DNA from: Candidatus Oxydemutatoraceae bacterium
GTDB lineage: Bacteria; Pseudomonadota; Gammaproteobacteria; Poriferisulfidales; Oxydemutatoraceae
DNA length: 64,000 nt
Direction: 5' to 3'
Assembly (NCBI GenBank): GCA_965219575.1
Contig: OZ244779.1
Location: 1,868,769 to 1,932,768, forward strand
The first letter of the stretch is position 1. Each line of letters starts with the position of its first letter. Below, in pieces: positions 19,815 to 30,145 of this stretch. The notes beneath the pieces are model-generated. The model saw nothing but the letters and a program-made list of their open reading frames with translations, ran no database searches and had not been told where the DNA came from. A program made the translations under genes and the position numbers.

Positions 19815-20489
19815 TTATGAATTTACACCACCCAACAATTCAACTAATTCCGACAATGCCGAGCGACCGATACTGTCTTTGCGCACCTGAATAATCGGCA
19901 CATCGGTCCAGATACTTAATTCGCGTTCATTATCGAGCTCGCCTCCATAAGTCTGCGGATGCATGCGATTAAGCACCACTGCGATAGCTTCGAGCTTCCG
20001 AGCGGCGAGTGCTTCTAAGGTCAGTAATATATGATTGATACAACCTAGGCGATCGGGCGATACAACGATCGCCGGAAATTCCAGTGCCGATATTAAGTCT
20101 ACATTAAGACCGTCGGCAGCGATAGGAGACAATAACCCGCCGGCACCCTCCACTACCACGAATTGTCCTTCGCAACGGCAACAGGTAGCGAGTTGCGCTA
20201 TCGTATGTGTTGTGCCCGCCAGCATCGCTGCGCGTTGCGGTGAGGCCTCCGCTTTATAACGATAGGGGCATACCCGTTCAATCGACTGGGGAGATACCGA
20301 GGTTGCCGCCAAGCGAACGGCATCTTCGGCGATCAATCCATGCTCCCCTTCCGAACAACCGCTTTCTACCGGTTTGCGCACCGCCACGCTTACACCGGTC
20401 TCTTCCAGTGCTTTTATTAAGTGGCATGCGATTACTGTTTTACCTATTCCCGTATCGGTGCCGGTAATAAACACCCCCGAACCGATCAT
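19815..20489 (-). CDS. bioD: Dethiobiotin synthase
   Basis: FITGTDTGIGKT, KPVESG, VEGAGG, LGCINH. Start placed at 20489 because the upstream extension is repeat DNA. Confidence 0.92.
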   Translation of the reverse strand: MIGSGVFITGTDTGIGKTVIACHLIKALEETGVSVAVRKPVESGCSEGEHGLIAEDAVRLAATSVSPQSIERVCPYRYKAEASPQRAAMLAGTTHTIAQLATCCRCEGQFVVVEGAGGLLSPIAADGLNVDLISALEFPAIVVSPDRLGCINHILLTLEALAARKLEAIAVVLNRMHPQTYGGELDNERELSIWTDVPIIQVRKDSIGRSALSELVELLGGVNS

Positions 20490-20491
20490 CC

Positions 20492-20508
20492 GGGCTGTTG
20501 AAAAAGTA
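20492..20508 (+). repeat. MITE/IS-like terminal inverted repeat
   Basis: GGGCTGTTGAAAAAGTA; related copies at 8106, 40355, 47358 (rc), 54780 (rc) and 55176. Confidence 0.6.
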
Positions 20509-20684
20509 GCCTTATCGTCACAGTGGGTTATTCCCAATCAAATAAACGAGTGTATGGAACATGGTTAATAAACGTAACACCGCCGACATGTAATATCGCT
20601 CACCCATTATTTTATGGAATCTATCTGCTTGTATCACGCTTTTTATTGAACGACTCCGAGATTATCTCGTTTGATTTTTATTCA

Positions 20685-21374
20685 TTAAAACTCTATTTCT
20701 TTTATATTTTTATAAAGATCTTCCAAACCTTCCTCATACGCACGAAAGCCTGTCCCATGATTTCTTGCCATGGTTACTTTGTCGTGTAATCTCAGATCTA
20801 ATAGTAGTTGTCCTCCCTCAAACTGATTCTTAAGCATAGATTTGGTTGCCCCTCCGGATAGCAGTCTAGCGCAATTATACAAAAAGTGCTCCACACCATC
20901 TCTTTCCTCCACTCTTGCTTTAACTAATAATACACTTCGTACTTTTTCGTTAAAACGTTTTTCAATTTCCTCCAATTTCCATTCGGCTATTAGAGAACCA
21001 TCGGTGCTTCTCACTGCGACCAAATCATCTCTAATCGATAAAAAAAGCCCAGCACTATTCGGGCTAAGACTTATGGTGTAATACAAACCAAGTCTGCCGT
21101 TCTTATCTTTGCAACCGTATTTTCTAACGGCTTCCAAAGGCTTCATTTTCCATGCCTTTTTGTTAAAAGTAAATAGAGTTGTCATCCCGTTATAATTTTC
21201 TCTTTTGGCTTTAAGTTCTATTTTTCCCAAATCCGGTGTGCTTAGATTGTTTTCTTTTATTTTAAGTAGCTTTTCTAGAGTATGTCCGATACCGGTTGGA
21301 CCTTTTCTAAGTGTCCGTACATATCCCGTCCTTTTGATTTCAGATAGCCTCCTCCTGACTTCTTCCAGTGTCAT
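20685..21374 (-). CDS. MvaI/BcnI family restriction endonuclease
   Basis: GPTGIGHTLE...IKENN..PD...IELKA, TTLFT, RNHGTGFR. Confidence 0.88.
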   Translation of the reverse strand: MTLEEVRRRLSEIKRTGYVRTLRKGPTGIGHTLEKLLKIKENNLSTPDLGKIELKAKRENYNGMTTLFTFNKKAWKMKPLEAVRKYGCKDKNGRLGLYYTISLSPNSAGLFLSIRDDLVAVRSTDGSLIAEWKLEEIEKRFNEKVRSVLLVKARVEERDGVEHFLYNCARLLSGGATKSMLKNQFEGGQLLLDLRLHDKVTMARNHGTGFRAYEEGLEDLYKNIKEIEF

Positions 21375-21381
21375 TGATTCT

Positions 21382-22635
21382 TCATCTTTTGCTGAATACC
21401 ACTATATACTCGTTAGTCATAGTATTTGACTTCACACCAGCTTTGTTTGTAGGAGAATTCTTTGCAGGCATCACTTTATTATGGATGTTTCTAACAAATA
21501 TCCCTTCAAAGTTCAGTCCCATGCTATCTAAAAAAGAAGCAGTAATTTGATCCATAGGTATTTGAAAACCTTTTACCGTTCTATTTCCAACCACAAAACA
21601 AACCTTTCCTTGCTCGTTTAGGTTTCCTAAAATATTTCTCACCGCGTTGTAATATCCATTAAAAAAGTGCAGTACTTCATTCGCTCTCTTCGAATCCATC
21701 TCTTTAATTTTCTCGACTATATCCATTAAGACTCCGTGTTCCTTTAGTTCATCATTTAATTCACCCACTTTGCCGAGACTTTCTCGATCAATTTTGTAGC
21801 CGGTATCGGTGCAATCATTTAAGCCGTTTACCCACTCGTTCCCGAAACTTGTGTACTGCCCGTAAGCAACAGTTGTTCTACTATCTCCATAAGGAGGTGA
21901 AGTGACAACTAAGCTATATTTTATTTTCGAGGAAATTTTGTTTTCTGCATTAGCAAATATAGGCTTGCTTAGCTTTTTAGTCATATTCGTATCTAAAAAT
22001 ACCTCTATCATCTCTTGAAGGTGCGAAAAAAATCTTGAAAATACTTCATTTGCCGTTTTCGCTATCTTCTCTTTTTTGATCCTATATCTTTTGAATTCAC
22101 CATTTTTAGTTAAAGACTGATTGCGACAGACAAAAGCAAAAATAGTTAGGAAAAAATCTTTATATTCATAAGACCCGTTTTTCAAGACCCATCTTATCTT
22201 GCCAAGATCATTAATTACTTCTTTAGAATACCAGTAATCCATATTCGTTATTTTAGGAATATCCGTTTGTCCATAATCGAAAAGAGAGCCTACATTATCG
22301 TAAAGAGATTTCTTTAAGTCCTTAAACTCTTTAAGCAATTTTTTCTTTTGATATACTTGAGTTTTTGCTCGGGCAATTAGAAGAGCCATAGGGTTTATAT
22401 CAAAACCAACCGACTCATAACCATTGATCTTAGATTCAAGCAAAGTTACACCACTTCCACAGAATGGGTCAAGAATTATATCTCCCTTTTTGGCGTATTT
22501 ATCAATGAGAAAATTTACCAGCAGTGGATGTAGCATTGCAGGATAGGGATGTATCCTATGCCTTCCTCTTAAAAGTCGTTCTTTTTGAAAGGAAAGTTCT
22601 TTTTGTTCGGTTCTCGCATAGTTATATTCAATCAT
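21382..22635 (-). CDS. N4-cytosine DNA methyltransferase (M.MvaI-like, alpha class)
   Basis: HPYPAM, DPFCGSG, TSPPYGDSRTTVAYGQ. Confidence 0.88.
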   Translation of the reverse strand: MIEYNYARTEQKELSFQKERLLRGRHRIHPYPAMLHPLLVNFLIDKYAKKGDIILDPFCGSGVTLLESKINGYESVGFDINPMALLIARAKTQVYQKKKLLKEFKDLKKSLYDNVGSLFDYGQTDIPKITNMDYWYSKEVINDLGKIRWVLKNGSYEYKDFFLTIFAFVCRNQSLTKNGEFKRYRIKKEKIAKTANEVFSRFFSHLQEMIEVFLDTNMTKKLSKPIFANAENKISSKIKYSLVVTSPPYGDSRTTVAYGQYTSFGNEWVNGLNDCTDTGYKIDRESLGKVGELNDELKEHGVLMDIVEKIKEMDSKRANEVLHFFNGYYNAVRNILGNLNEQGKVCFVVGNRTVKGFQIPMDQITASFLDSMGLNFEGIFVRNIHNKVMPAKNSPTNKAGVKSNTMTNEYIVVFSKR

Positions 22636-22795
22636 ATTAGTCCATTAGTCTCTTGTAGGAAAGCCTTTTACTAATGACACACTTTGATAGAAACATTATC
22701 CAACCTGATAGGCCTTCCGGAAAGTTAGCCGATGTTAAATGACAGTCCTTATGATATTAAAAACCATAATAAAAAACAAGGGCTATAACCTTATC

Positions 22796-23683
22796 TCAAC
22801 CTTTAGCCAACAATAGATTTTCAATCCATCTATATTTTTCGGTGGTTTGCTCTACAACCTCCGAAGGAAGTTCGGGTGGCGGTGTTTGTACATCCCAATT
22901 CTGCCGTATCAAATAGTTGCGTATATATTGTTTGTCAAAACTGGTTGGTTCGGTGCCGGGGCGGTAGCTTTGCAAGTCCCAAAAACGCGAGGAGTCGGGG
23001 GTTAGTATTTCGTCTATCAGTAGCAAATACCCTTGCGGGTCAATGCCGAATTCAAACTTGGTGTCGGCGATTATGATGCCACGCTCATAAGCGTAGTCGC
23101 TACAAAGTCGGTAAATCTCAAGTGCCGTGTCGCGAATTTCGGCAGACATTTCCGCACCTATGGAGTTTGCCATTTGCTCGAAGCTAATGGGTATATCGTG
23201 TGCGCCTATCTCGGCTTTGGTAGTCGGTGTGAAAATAGCCTCGGGCAACCGCTCGCCGAGTTGCAATCCGGCATCCAAAGAGATGCCGCATAGCTTACCG
23301 TTGTCTCGGTAGTCGTTCCATGCAGAACCGTATAAATAACCGCGCACAATCGCTTCTACGGCAAGCGGTTTCACTTTTTTCACAACCATGCTACGCTCGG
23401 CTAACTGCGGCCGATGTTTCAATTCTGCCACCGTATCGGTTGCCGCTATATCGGTGGTATGGTTGGGAACTATCGTTGCGGTTTTCGCAAACCAAAAGGT
23501 ACTCAGCGAGGTCAATACTCTGCCTTTATCGGGAATCGGAGTCGGGAATACGACATCAAACGCCGAAAGCCGATCGCTGGCAACCATCAATATATGTGGC
23601 TCGTCTAAATCATACAGATCTCGGACTTTACCTCTGCACAACAACGGTACGGATTCTAAATTAGAATCGTATAGTGCGTCCAT
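22796..23683 (-). CDS. purC: SAICAR synthase
   Basis: GKVRDLY, SDRLSAFD, ADTKFEFG, DEILTPDSSRFW; start at MDALY (23683). Confidence 0.95.
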   Translation of the reverse strand: MDALYDSNLESVPLLCRGKVRDLYDLDEPHILMVASDRLSAFDVVFPTPIPDKGRVLTSLSTFWFAKTATIVPNHTTDIAATDTVAELKHRPQLAERSMVVKKVKPLAVEAIVRGYLYGSAWNDYRDNGKLCGISLDAGLQLGERLPEAIFTPTTKAEIGAHDIPISFEQMANSIGAEMSAEIRDTALEIYRLCSDYAYERGIIIADTKFEFGIDPQGYLLLIDEILTPDSSRFWDLQSYRPGTEPTSFDKQYIRNYLIRQNWDVQTPPPELPSEVVEQTTEKYRWIENLLLAKG

Positions 23684-23699
23684 CGTTATACGTTTGTCG

Positions 23700-24452
23700 T
23701 CACCCCTGATCGTGCATATCGCATATACGCTGAGCCGATTCGGGCAGGTTGTCGGGGCAGCGACCACACATTTCATTGCCGGGCACCGCATAATCCATTT
23801 TTTGCGGTTTGGGAAACTCCAGCGAGTCCATCAGCGCAATAAACTGTGTTCGGGTCGTTCCGACTTTAAGACGCGGGTTGCGTATTTTTTCCTGACCCAC
23901 GGTAGTGATTCGGCGATTCTCGTAATCGTGGCCGGGATAGACCAAAGTATCTTCGGGCAGGCTGAATATCTTGTCGTAAATGCTATCGTACAGAGTGCCG
24001 GAATCGCCCGATTGGAGATCGGTTCTGCCGCAGCCTTCTATCAATAGCGCATCGCCGGTGAAAATTATTTTGTGCATGCCGTCGTCTATTAAGTAAGCAT
24101 AATGGGTGTCGGTATGCCCCGGAGTAAACAACGGATGGAATTCTATATGTCCTATTTTCAGTGCCGTTCCTTCCCGCACACCTATATCCCGGCACGGGAG
24201 TTGGTCGGCTTCGGCACCTACCAGTTTGCAATCGGTTAACGATTTAAGTTTCAATCCACCGGTAATATGATCGGCGTGTATATGCGTCTCTATTGCATAA
24301 TTCAAATTTAAGCCCAATTCTCTAATCGCCTCCAAGTCACGCTCGAAAACATCGAGCACCGGGTCTACGAGTGCCGTGATGCCGGTCTCGGTACACGCAA
24401 TTAGGTAAGTATAGGTACTGGATTGGGATTCAAAAAGTTGTTTGAATATCAT
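23700..24452 (-). CDS. Persulfide dioxygenase (ETHE1-like metallo-beta-lactamase)
   Basis: STYTYL, THIHADHITG, TPGHT, GCGRTD, YPGHDY, NPRL. Confidence 0.88.
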   Translation of the reverse strand: MIFKQLFESQSSTYTYLIACTETGITALVDPVLDVFERDLEAIRELGLNLNYAIETHIHADHITGGLKLKSLTDCKLVGAEADQLPCRDIGVREGTALKIGHIEFHPLFTPGHTDTHYAYLIDDGMHKIIFTGDALLIEGCGRTDLQSGDSGTLYDSIYDKIFSLPEDTLVYPGHDYENRRITTVGQEKIRNPRLKVGTTRTQFIALMDSLEFPKPQKMDYAVPGNEMCGRCPDNLPESAQRICDMHDQG

Positions 24453-24518
24453 TGCGCTATTTTCTTTGCTGAAGTTGAATCGAATACATAGTATACTAGC
24501 TTAAATACCGAAAATATT

Positions 24519-24755
24519 ATGGAACCCGACGAAATCAAGAATCTAATAATCGCAGGCTTAGCGGATGCGCAGATCGATGTAGATGGTAGCGACGGCAAAT
24601 ACCAAGTCAAAATCATCAGTGCAGCCTTTGAGGGCTTAACTCAGGTGCAGCGACATCAAGCGGTTTATGCGACGATTCAAGCCCGAATACAAAGTGGCGA
24701 ACTGCATGCGTTGAGCATAGAAACCCTGACACCCTCGGAAGACAAGCAACGATAG
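24519..24755 (+). CDS. BolA/IbaG family protein
   Basis: FEGL..VQRHQAVY, LHALSI.T.TP. Confidence 0.9.
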   Translation: MEPDEIKNLIIAGLADAQIDVDGSDGKYQVKIISAAFEGLTQVQRHQAVYATIQARIQSGELHALSIETLTPSEDKQR

Positions 24756-24757
24756 CA

Positions 24758-25381
24758 CTAGTTATCTTTGAAAACCCGACGCTCTAATTGATATGCCGAT
24801 AAGCCTTGTTGCTTTGAATAATAGAGCGACAAAAATTTCATATCCGCTTCGTTCAGTGTGGTGATCATCCCCATCATGATAGCGTTCTGGCGTTTACCGT
24901 TCTTATAACTAAGCAAAGATTGATAAAGATAATCCCGATATTGTCCCGATAAACGCGGGTATTCGGGTATCGGACTATTACCGTCCATACCATGACAACC
25001 GGCACAGACTGCGAGTTTGGCATTGAGTTCCTCGGAAAGCTGAGGAGTTTGGGGAGTCTGAGAAGACGAAACGACGGTCTCCGAACCCGAGAAATAAGCA
25101 GCGATATCGGCCATATCGGTTTCCGACAAACCGGCGGCATGGGCGCGCATCGTCGGATGACTACGCTCGCCGGATTGATACGCTTTTAAGGCAGCGACTA
25201 TATAGGGAGCATGCTGACCGACCAGTTTGGGCACGTGATAACTAGGATAGATATTGCCGTAACTCGGCACACCATGACAACCCAAGCAGGTTTGCGCTTT
25301 CAATCTTCCACTTTCGGCATCTCCGGCATTCACAAACGGCGATAATATCAATAAGCAAAGAATGTAAAAACGATACTTCAT
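24758..25381 (-). CDS. Diheme cytochrome c (c4-like)
   Basis: Signal peptide; CLGCH and CAGCH heme motifs. Confidence 0.9.
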   Translation of the reverse strand: MKYRFYILCLLILSPFVNAGDAESGRLKAQTCLGCHGVPSYGNIYPSYHVPKLVGQHAPYIVAALKAYQSGERSHPTMRAHAAGLSETDMADIAAYFSGSETVVSSSQTPQTPQLSEELNAKLAVCAGCHGMDGNSPIPEYPRLSGQYRDYLYQSLLSYKNGKRQNAIMMGMITTLNEADMKFLSLYYSKQQGLSAYQLERRVFKDN

Positions 25382-25470
25382 AAAAACTCCCTAAATGATT
25401 TAATATAAAGTAGCTATCATGCCAAAATATCGGGAAAATGTCCATAGTTTTAGTTTGTTTTTGATTGAAT

Positions 25471-26529
25471 ATGCCGTCAACCTCGCATAAACCTCCGCAA
25501 AAAATTTGTATCCTACGGTTGTCTGCAATCGGAGATGTCGTACAGGCATCTATCGCAGTCAACGCACTCAAATCGTCGCATCCCCGGCTCGAGCTCACTT
25601 GGATTGTAGGAAAAACCGAATACGAACTGTTAGCTCATCTTAACGATATCAATTTTATAGTCTTCGATAAAAACGAGGTTTTGAAGTCTTATAGGCTGGT
25701 TGCCGAGCGATTGGCCGGTAGAAAGTTTGATGCCTTGCTACTGATGCAATACTCGTTGCGTGCCGGCCTGCTCAGCCTTTTAGTCAAAGCACCGTTGCGC
25801 ATAGGTTATCCGCACCGGCTATCCAGAGAGTTTCACAGCCTGTTTGTTAATCGGCATATCGAGATGCCGACCGGTAAGCATGTATTGGATATTTATTACG
25901 GCTTTGTCGAGGCACTCGGTATAACGGCGCAGATAGATGCCGTCCCCACCTATTATCTGCCCGACGATACCCGATTTGCCGGTCTCCACCTACCCCGAGA
26001 CAAAAAAATACTGTTGATCAGCCCGTGTTCGAGCCATAGTTTCAAAAATTGGCTACCCGAGCGTTATGCGGAGGTCGCGCAAGTTGCAATGCAACGATAC
26101 GATATGCATGTCGTATTGGTAGGCGGCAATAGCCAAACCGAACGGACATACGAAGCACACATACAACAATATTTTCGTACACCCTGTACCAGCTTAATAG
26201 GAAAAACCAGCTTGCGGCAATTAGCCGCCGTCGTTGCACAGAGCCATCTAGTCATCGCACCCGACTCGGCAATCGTACATATCGCTTCCGCGCTACAAAC
26301 CTCGGTTATCGGACTCTATGCGGCAACCGATGCCGAGCGTAGCGGCCCTTATCGTTATCTAGATCGATGTATCAATCGCTACCCCGAAGCATTGGAGAAA
26401 TACTGCGGTAAATCCATAAAAGATATATCTTGGGGAAAACATATAAAAGAATCCAACGCGATGGAGTTAATCAACACACAATCGGTAATTGAACAACTTG
26501 ACCGTATTATGGAAGCCGGAGAATGTTAA
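25471..26529 (+). CDS. Glycosyltransferase family 9 (LPS heptosyltransferase-like)
   Basis: RLSAIGDV, LIGKTSL, PDSAIVHIASA. Confidence 0.88.
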   Translation: MPSTSHKPPQKICILRLSAIGDVVQASIAVNALKSSHPRLELTWIVGKTEYELLAHLNDINFIVFDKNEVLKSYRLVAERLAGRKFDALLLMQYSLRAGLLSLLVKAPLRIGYPHRLSREFHSLFVNRHIEMPTGKHVLDIYYGFVEALGITAQIDAVPTYYLPDDTRFAGLHLPRDKKILLISPCSSHSFKNWLPERYAEVAQVAMQRYDMHVVLVGGNSQTERTYEAHIQQYFRTPCTSLIGKTSLRQLAAVVAQSHLVIAPDSAIVHIASALQTSVIGLYAATDAERSGPYRYLDRCINRYPEALEKYCGKSIKDISWGKHIKESNAMELINTQSVIEQLDRIMEAGEC

Positions 26530-26548
26530 TGCGACACTGCGTACATCG

Positions 26549-27685
26549 CTATAGTCGACAGTACTCGATGATGAAATTTGCAATTTGTTCGGCGTCGTTG
26601 ATGTTTAGAATCGGAATTGTAATATCGGACGGTGGATTCTCATCGGTGGCAAATGCCACTACATGGGGGTCTCGACTATACAGATAGGGGTGTTCCAAAC
26701 CTCGCCTGTGCAGTTCTATTTTAGGGAAGGTCTCGCGCTTGAAACCTTCGACCAAAATAATATCGAGGCCTTGACGAGTAATAATATCGACGAGTTCGTC
26801 CAAGGTCGCTTCTTCGTTGTCGTTACAATGCTCGTTAATCAACGCCCACCGTCTACCCGACGACACGAGCATACTTTTAGCACCTGCTTTTCTAAGTTCA
26901 TAACTGTCTTTCCCCGGCCGGTCGGTGTCAAAATTGTGGTGCGCGTGCTTGACGATACCGAGCTTAAATCCCTTATCCTTTAATATCGGAATGACCTGCT
27001 TGAGCAAAGTGGTTTTACCGGTGCCACTGTGGGCGCAAAAACCTATGATCGGCGGAGTACTATCGTTTGTGTTCATCGTTTCCGTTTCCAGTTGCTTGAG
27101 ATCCTCGGGCGTGTTGATATTCCTAAAAGCATCTACGCTATCATCAAAATTGCAACGAACCGTTTTAAGTTTATCAAACCACCGATCTATTTTGCGCCCC
27201 CCCTGCGCCAAGTATTCCGATAAAGAAGACCTTAGATTCGTCTTCATCAAACAAAAAACCGGATGAATCCGCTTTCCGTCGTCGGCGACCGCAATATCGG
27301 CATCGTGTTCTATCAAGGTATTATATAAGCGTTGTGCCAAATCCGTCGGAGGATGCGGCGTGTCGCAAGGACAAACCAACAAATAAGATGTTCGTACATC
27401 ACGCAACGCACTCGCTATTCCCGCTAAAGGCCCCATAAAATCCTCGTTTTCATCGGGGATAACCGGATAACCGTATTTTTGATACTCTGCCAAATTCCGA
27501 TTTGCATTGATCCAAACATGAGTGACCTGCCTAGCAATACGCTCAATGATATGTTCTATCAAAGGACGACCCGCCAACGCTATTAAACCCTTATCGGAAT
27601 CCCCCATACGCGAACCTCGACCACCCGCCAAAATCACGGCACTTAAATTTTCTTTGGCGTTGAACGCCGAACTGTCGGATATCAT
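26549..27685 (-). CDS. mobAB: Fused molybdenum cofactor guanylyltransferase MobA / MobB
   Basis: LAGGRGSRMG..DKG, GPLAGI, NINTPEDL, then SGTGKTT, VKHAHH, LVEGFK. Confidence 0.88.
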   Translation of the reverse strand: MISDSSAFNAKENLSAVILAGGRGSRMGDSDKGLIALAGRPLIEHIIERIARQVTHVWINANRNLAEYQKYGYPVIPDENEDFMGPLAGIASALRDVRTSYLLVCPCDTPHPPTDLAQRLYNTLIEHDADIAVADDGKRIHPVFCLMKTNLRSSLSEYLAQGGRKIDRWFDKLKTVRCNFDDSVDAFRNINTPEDLKQLETETMNTNDSTPPIIGFCAHSGTGKTTLLKQVIPILKDKGFKLGIVKHAHHNFDTDRPGKDSYELRKAGAKSMLVSSGRRWALINEHCNDNEEATLDELVDIITRQGLDIILVEGFKRETFPKIELHRRGLEHPYLYSRDPHVVAFATDENPPSDITIPILNINDAEQIANFIIEYCRL

Positions 27686-27779
27686 ACTGCCATTATACAC
27701 AGTGGACGTTGCCGGGCGGCAGGAGCAAAATGGTCTGCTACTACGGGTGATTATCGTACGCGTTGTATAATAACAATAC

Positions 27780-28961
27780 ATGGAACATTACGCTTCTACA
27801 CTTATTATTCCTGTTTTGATATTCACCGGTGCTGCGGTGATGGCAACTTTCGCTTTATATGCAAGGCAGGCGATGTTGGTTGCGTATATCATTCTCGGAT
27901 TATTGCTCGGACCTGCCGTATTTAATATCGTAGACGGCGGCGAGGATGCTATGCACATCGCTTCGGATATAGGCATCGTTCTGTTGCTTTTTTTGTTGGG
28001 CTTGGATTTGTCTCCCATTAAATTGATAAAAGTCGTGCGTGCAATCGTGACACCTACGTTGGCAAGTTGTTTGGTGTTTTCTTTACCCGGTATCGTAATC
28101 GGTTATATACTCGGTTTTGATGCCGTATCTATAATGATCTTGGCCGTCGCGATGATGTTTTCCAGCACCATCATCGGGCTCAAGCTATTGCCGACGACGG
28201 TGTTGCACCATAAACCCACCGGTGAAATCATTATCAGTATATTGTTGTTGCAGGATTTGATTGCAATTCTAATCCTACTCGGTTTAGGGTTGTTCTACAG
28301 CGGCGGCACCGAATTTCATATATCGGTACCTTTTATTAAGCTACTGCTACTCCCGGTGATGGTCGGTCTCGCGTATCTGTTGCAGAAATATCTGCTGGTC
28401 GGACTTTTGATGCGCTTCGACAAAATCAAAGAATATGTTTTCTTATTGATGATCGGTTGGTGCTTCGGCATCGCACAACTTACCGAATGGTTAGGCTTGT
28501 CGTACGAAATCGGTGCGTTTATCGCCGGAGTGCTGATGGCTACTCACCCGATTGCAATCTATGTGGCGGACTCGTTGAAGCCGTTGCGAGACTTTTTTAT
28601 GGTTATTTTCTTCTTTACGCTGGGTAGTAGCATCGCACCGGGGTCGGTCGGCGAGATATGGCTGCCTGCCTTGATATTAGCGGGCGTACTGTTGATATTA
28701 AAACCGCCGGTCTTCGAATGGTTGCTCGGTCGCGCCGGTGAGGAAAAAGCGAGGGCACGAGAAGTTGGGTTTAGGTTGGGACAAGGTAGCGAATTCTCGC
28801 TGTTGATCATCGCACTCGCAGCACAACTCGGAATCGCCGAAAAACTTGCAATAGACTTGATAAAAGCGACTATGTTGATAACATTCATGGTGTCGCCCTA
28901 TTTGATTATTGCAAAATATCCTACTCCGGTTGCGATGGATGATCGCCTGCGCCGTGATTAG
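27780..28961 (+). CDS. Cation:proton antiporter (CPA2/Kef membrane domain only)
   Basis: Polytopic; FSSTII.LK, LLLQDL, GAFIAG, LGQGSEFS; no KTN domain. Confidence 0.85.
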   Translation: MEHYASTLIIPVLIFTGAAVMATFALYARQAMLVAYIILGLLLGPAVFNIVDGGEDAMHIASDIGIVLLLFLLGLDLSPIKLIKVVRAIVTPTLASCLVFSLPGIVIGYILGFDAVSIMILAVAMMFSSTIIGLKLLPTTVLHHKPTGEIIISILLLQDLIAILILLGLGLFYSGGTEFHISVPFIKLLLLPVMVGLAYLLQKYLLVGLLMRFDKIKEYVFLLMIGWCFGIAQLTEWLGLSYEIGAFIAGVLMATHPIAIYVADSLKPLRDFFMVIFFFTLGSSIAPGSVGEIWLPALILAGVLLILKPPVFEWLLGRAGEEKARAREVGFRLGQGSEFSLLIIALAAQLGIAEKLAIDLIKATMLITFMVSPYLIIAKYPTPVAMDDRLRRD

Positions 28962-29265
28962 CTCGGCGTCGATGCTCCGATAAAAATGTCTTGACACGCC
29001 GACCGTTGTCCACCGCCGTATCTTCGTCGTAGCACAAGGTGTGTCGGTGATAAATGCGTTCGCCGGCGGGCACATCGAAACTATGGCATGCGTCGGGATA
29101 AACGACGATATCGAGGTTATAATCGTAGGCTTCGGTGATTATCATCTGCTTGCAATAATCGGCAAGAGTCCAATCGTTGCGCTCGCCTATCAAAATCAGG
29201 GTGTCGCTCGACAACGAAGGTATACGACGATCGCAATGCGGGTAAAACGCAATCACTCCGCCGAG
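28921..29265 (-). pseudogene. C-terminal fragment of a dienelactone-hydrolase-like alpha/beta hydrolase
   Basis: AFYPHC..TLILIGERNDWT..C..VYPDACHSFD; no nucleophile-containing N-terminal half and no independent start. Confidence 0.65.
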
Positions 29266-30128
29266 CCGACGAAGTCGCGGGCGCGATAAATGAGTGCCAG
29301 CAAAAAACCGCTCAACAATCCGCCCAAGTGTGCCGCATTCGCTACATAAATACCGACGAGGCTCAAAATCCCCGACATGCACAACAACAGCCAAAATAAT
29401 AGAAAGGGTGCGATGCCGGGAGGGGGGGCAATACCCTGCGACGGACTCTCTGCATTGCGCGATTCCCAGTATCCACATAACCAACAATAACCGAACAATC
29501 CGTAGACCACACCGGACAAGCCACCGAATAAAATAGACGGCTCGTAGATATACTGACACAGGTTGGAGATAATGCCGGTGGTGGCGATAACGACGAGCAA
29601 TCTAAAGTGCGATTGCAGCCGTTCTATTCTCCGTCCGAACTCTATCAACCAGAGACCGTTGAACACCAGATGCAACAAACTGAAATGTAAAAATATCGGC
29701 GTTAGAATACGCCACCACTGCCCCCCGGTTATACCGTCAATCGATGCAGCCGCATATAAAATACCTCGATCACCGACCCGAGTGTCCTGAAAAACCAACC
29801 ACGGCATCAGTGCGTTATTGCTCTCGGTTATGATATAAACCGATACCGCAACTACGCTCGTTATTAGAACGACCGGATAATTCAAGATATTTTGCAAAGG
29901 CTTTAGGTACGAAATCTTGTCGGCTCGAGGCATAGAAGGCACCTCCAGTTGTCCGGCACACCATTGCTCGAACCATACGCGGATAGGCTCGGGATCGTGA
30001 TGCGCGCGTAGGACTTGTCGCCCACCGTGCTCGACAATTCGATGTGGAATGCCCTGTATCGATAAAAATCTGCTGAACGCAGATAAATCTTTTTCCAAAG
30101 ATACGGTTAATACATCAATCCAATCCAT
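29253..30128 (-). CDS. glpG: Rhomboid intramembrane serine protease (GlpG-like)
   Basis: WRILTPIFLH, HLVFN, GLSGVVYG, AHLGG. Confidence 0.88.
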   Translation of the reverse strand: MDWIDVLTVSLEKDLSAFSRFLSIQGIPHRIVEHGGRQVLRAHHDPEPIRVWFEQWCAGQLEVPSMPRADKISYLKPLQNILNYPVVLITSVVAVSVYIITESNNALMPWLVFQDTRVGDRGILYAAASIDGITGGQWWRILTPIFLHFSLLHLVFNGLWLIEFGRRIERLQSHFRLLVVIATTGIISNLCQYIYEPSILFGGLSGVVYGLFGYCWLCGYWESRNAESPSQGIAPPPGIAPFLLFWLLLCMSGILSLVGIYVANAAHLGGLLSGFLLALIYRARDFVGSAE

Positions 30129-30145
30129 TATTGCTACTTCGGGCT

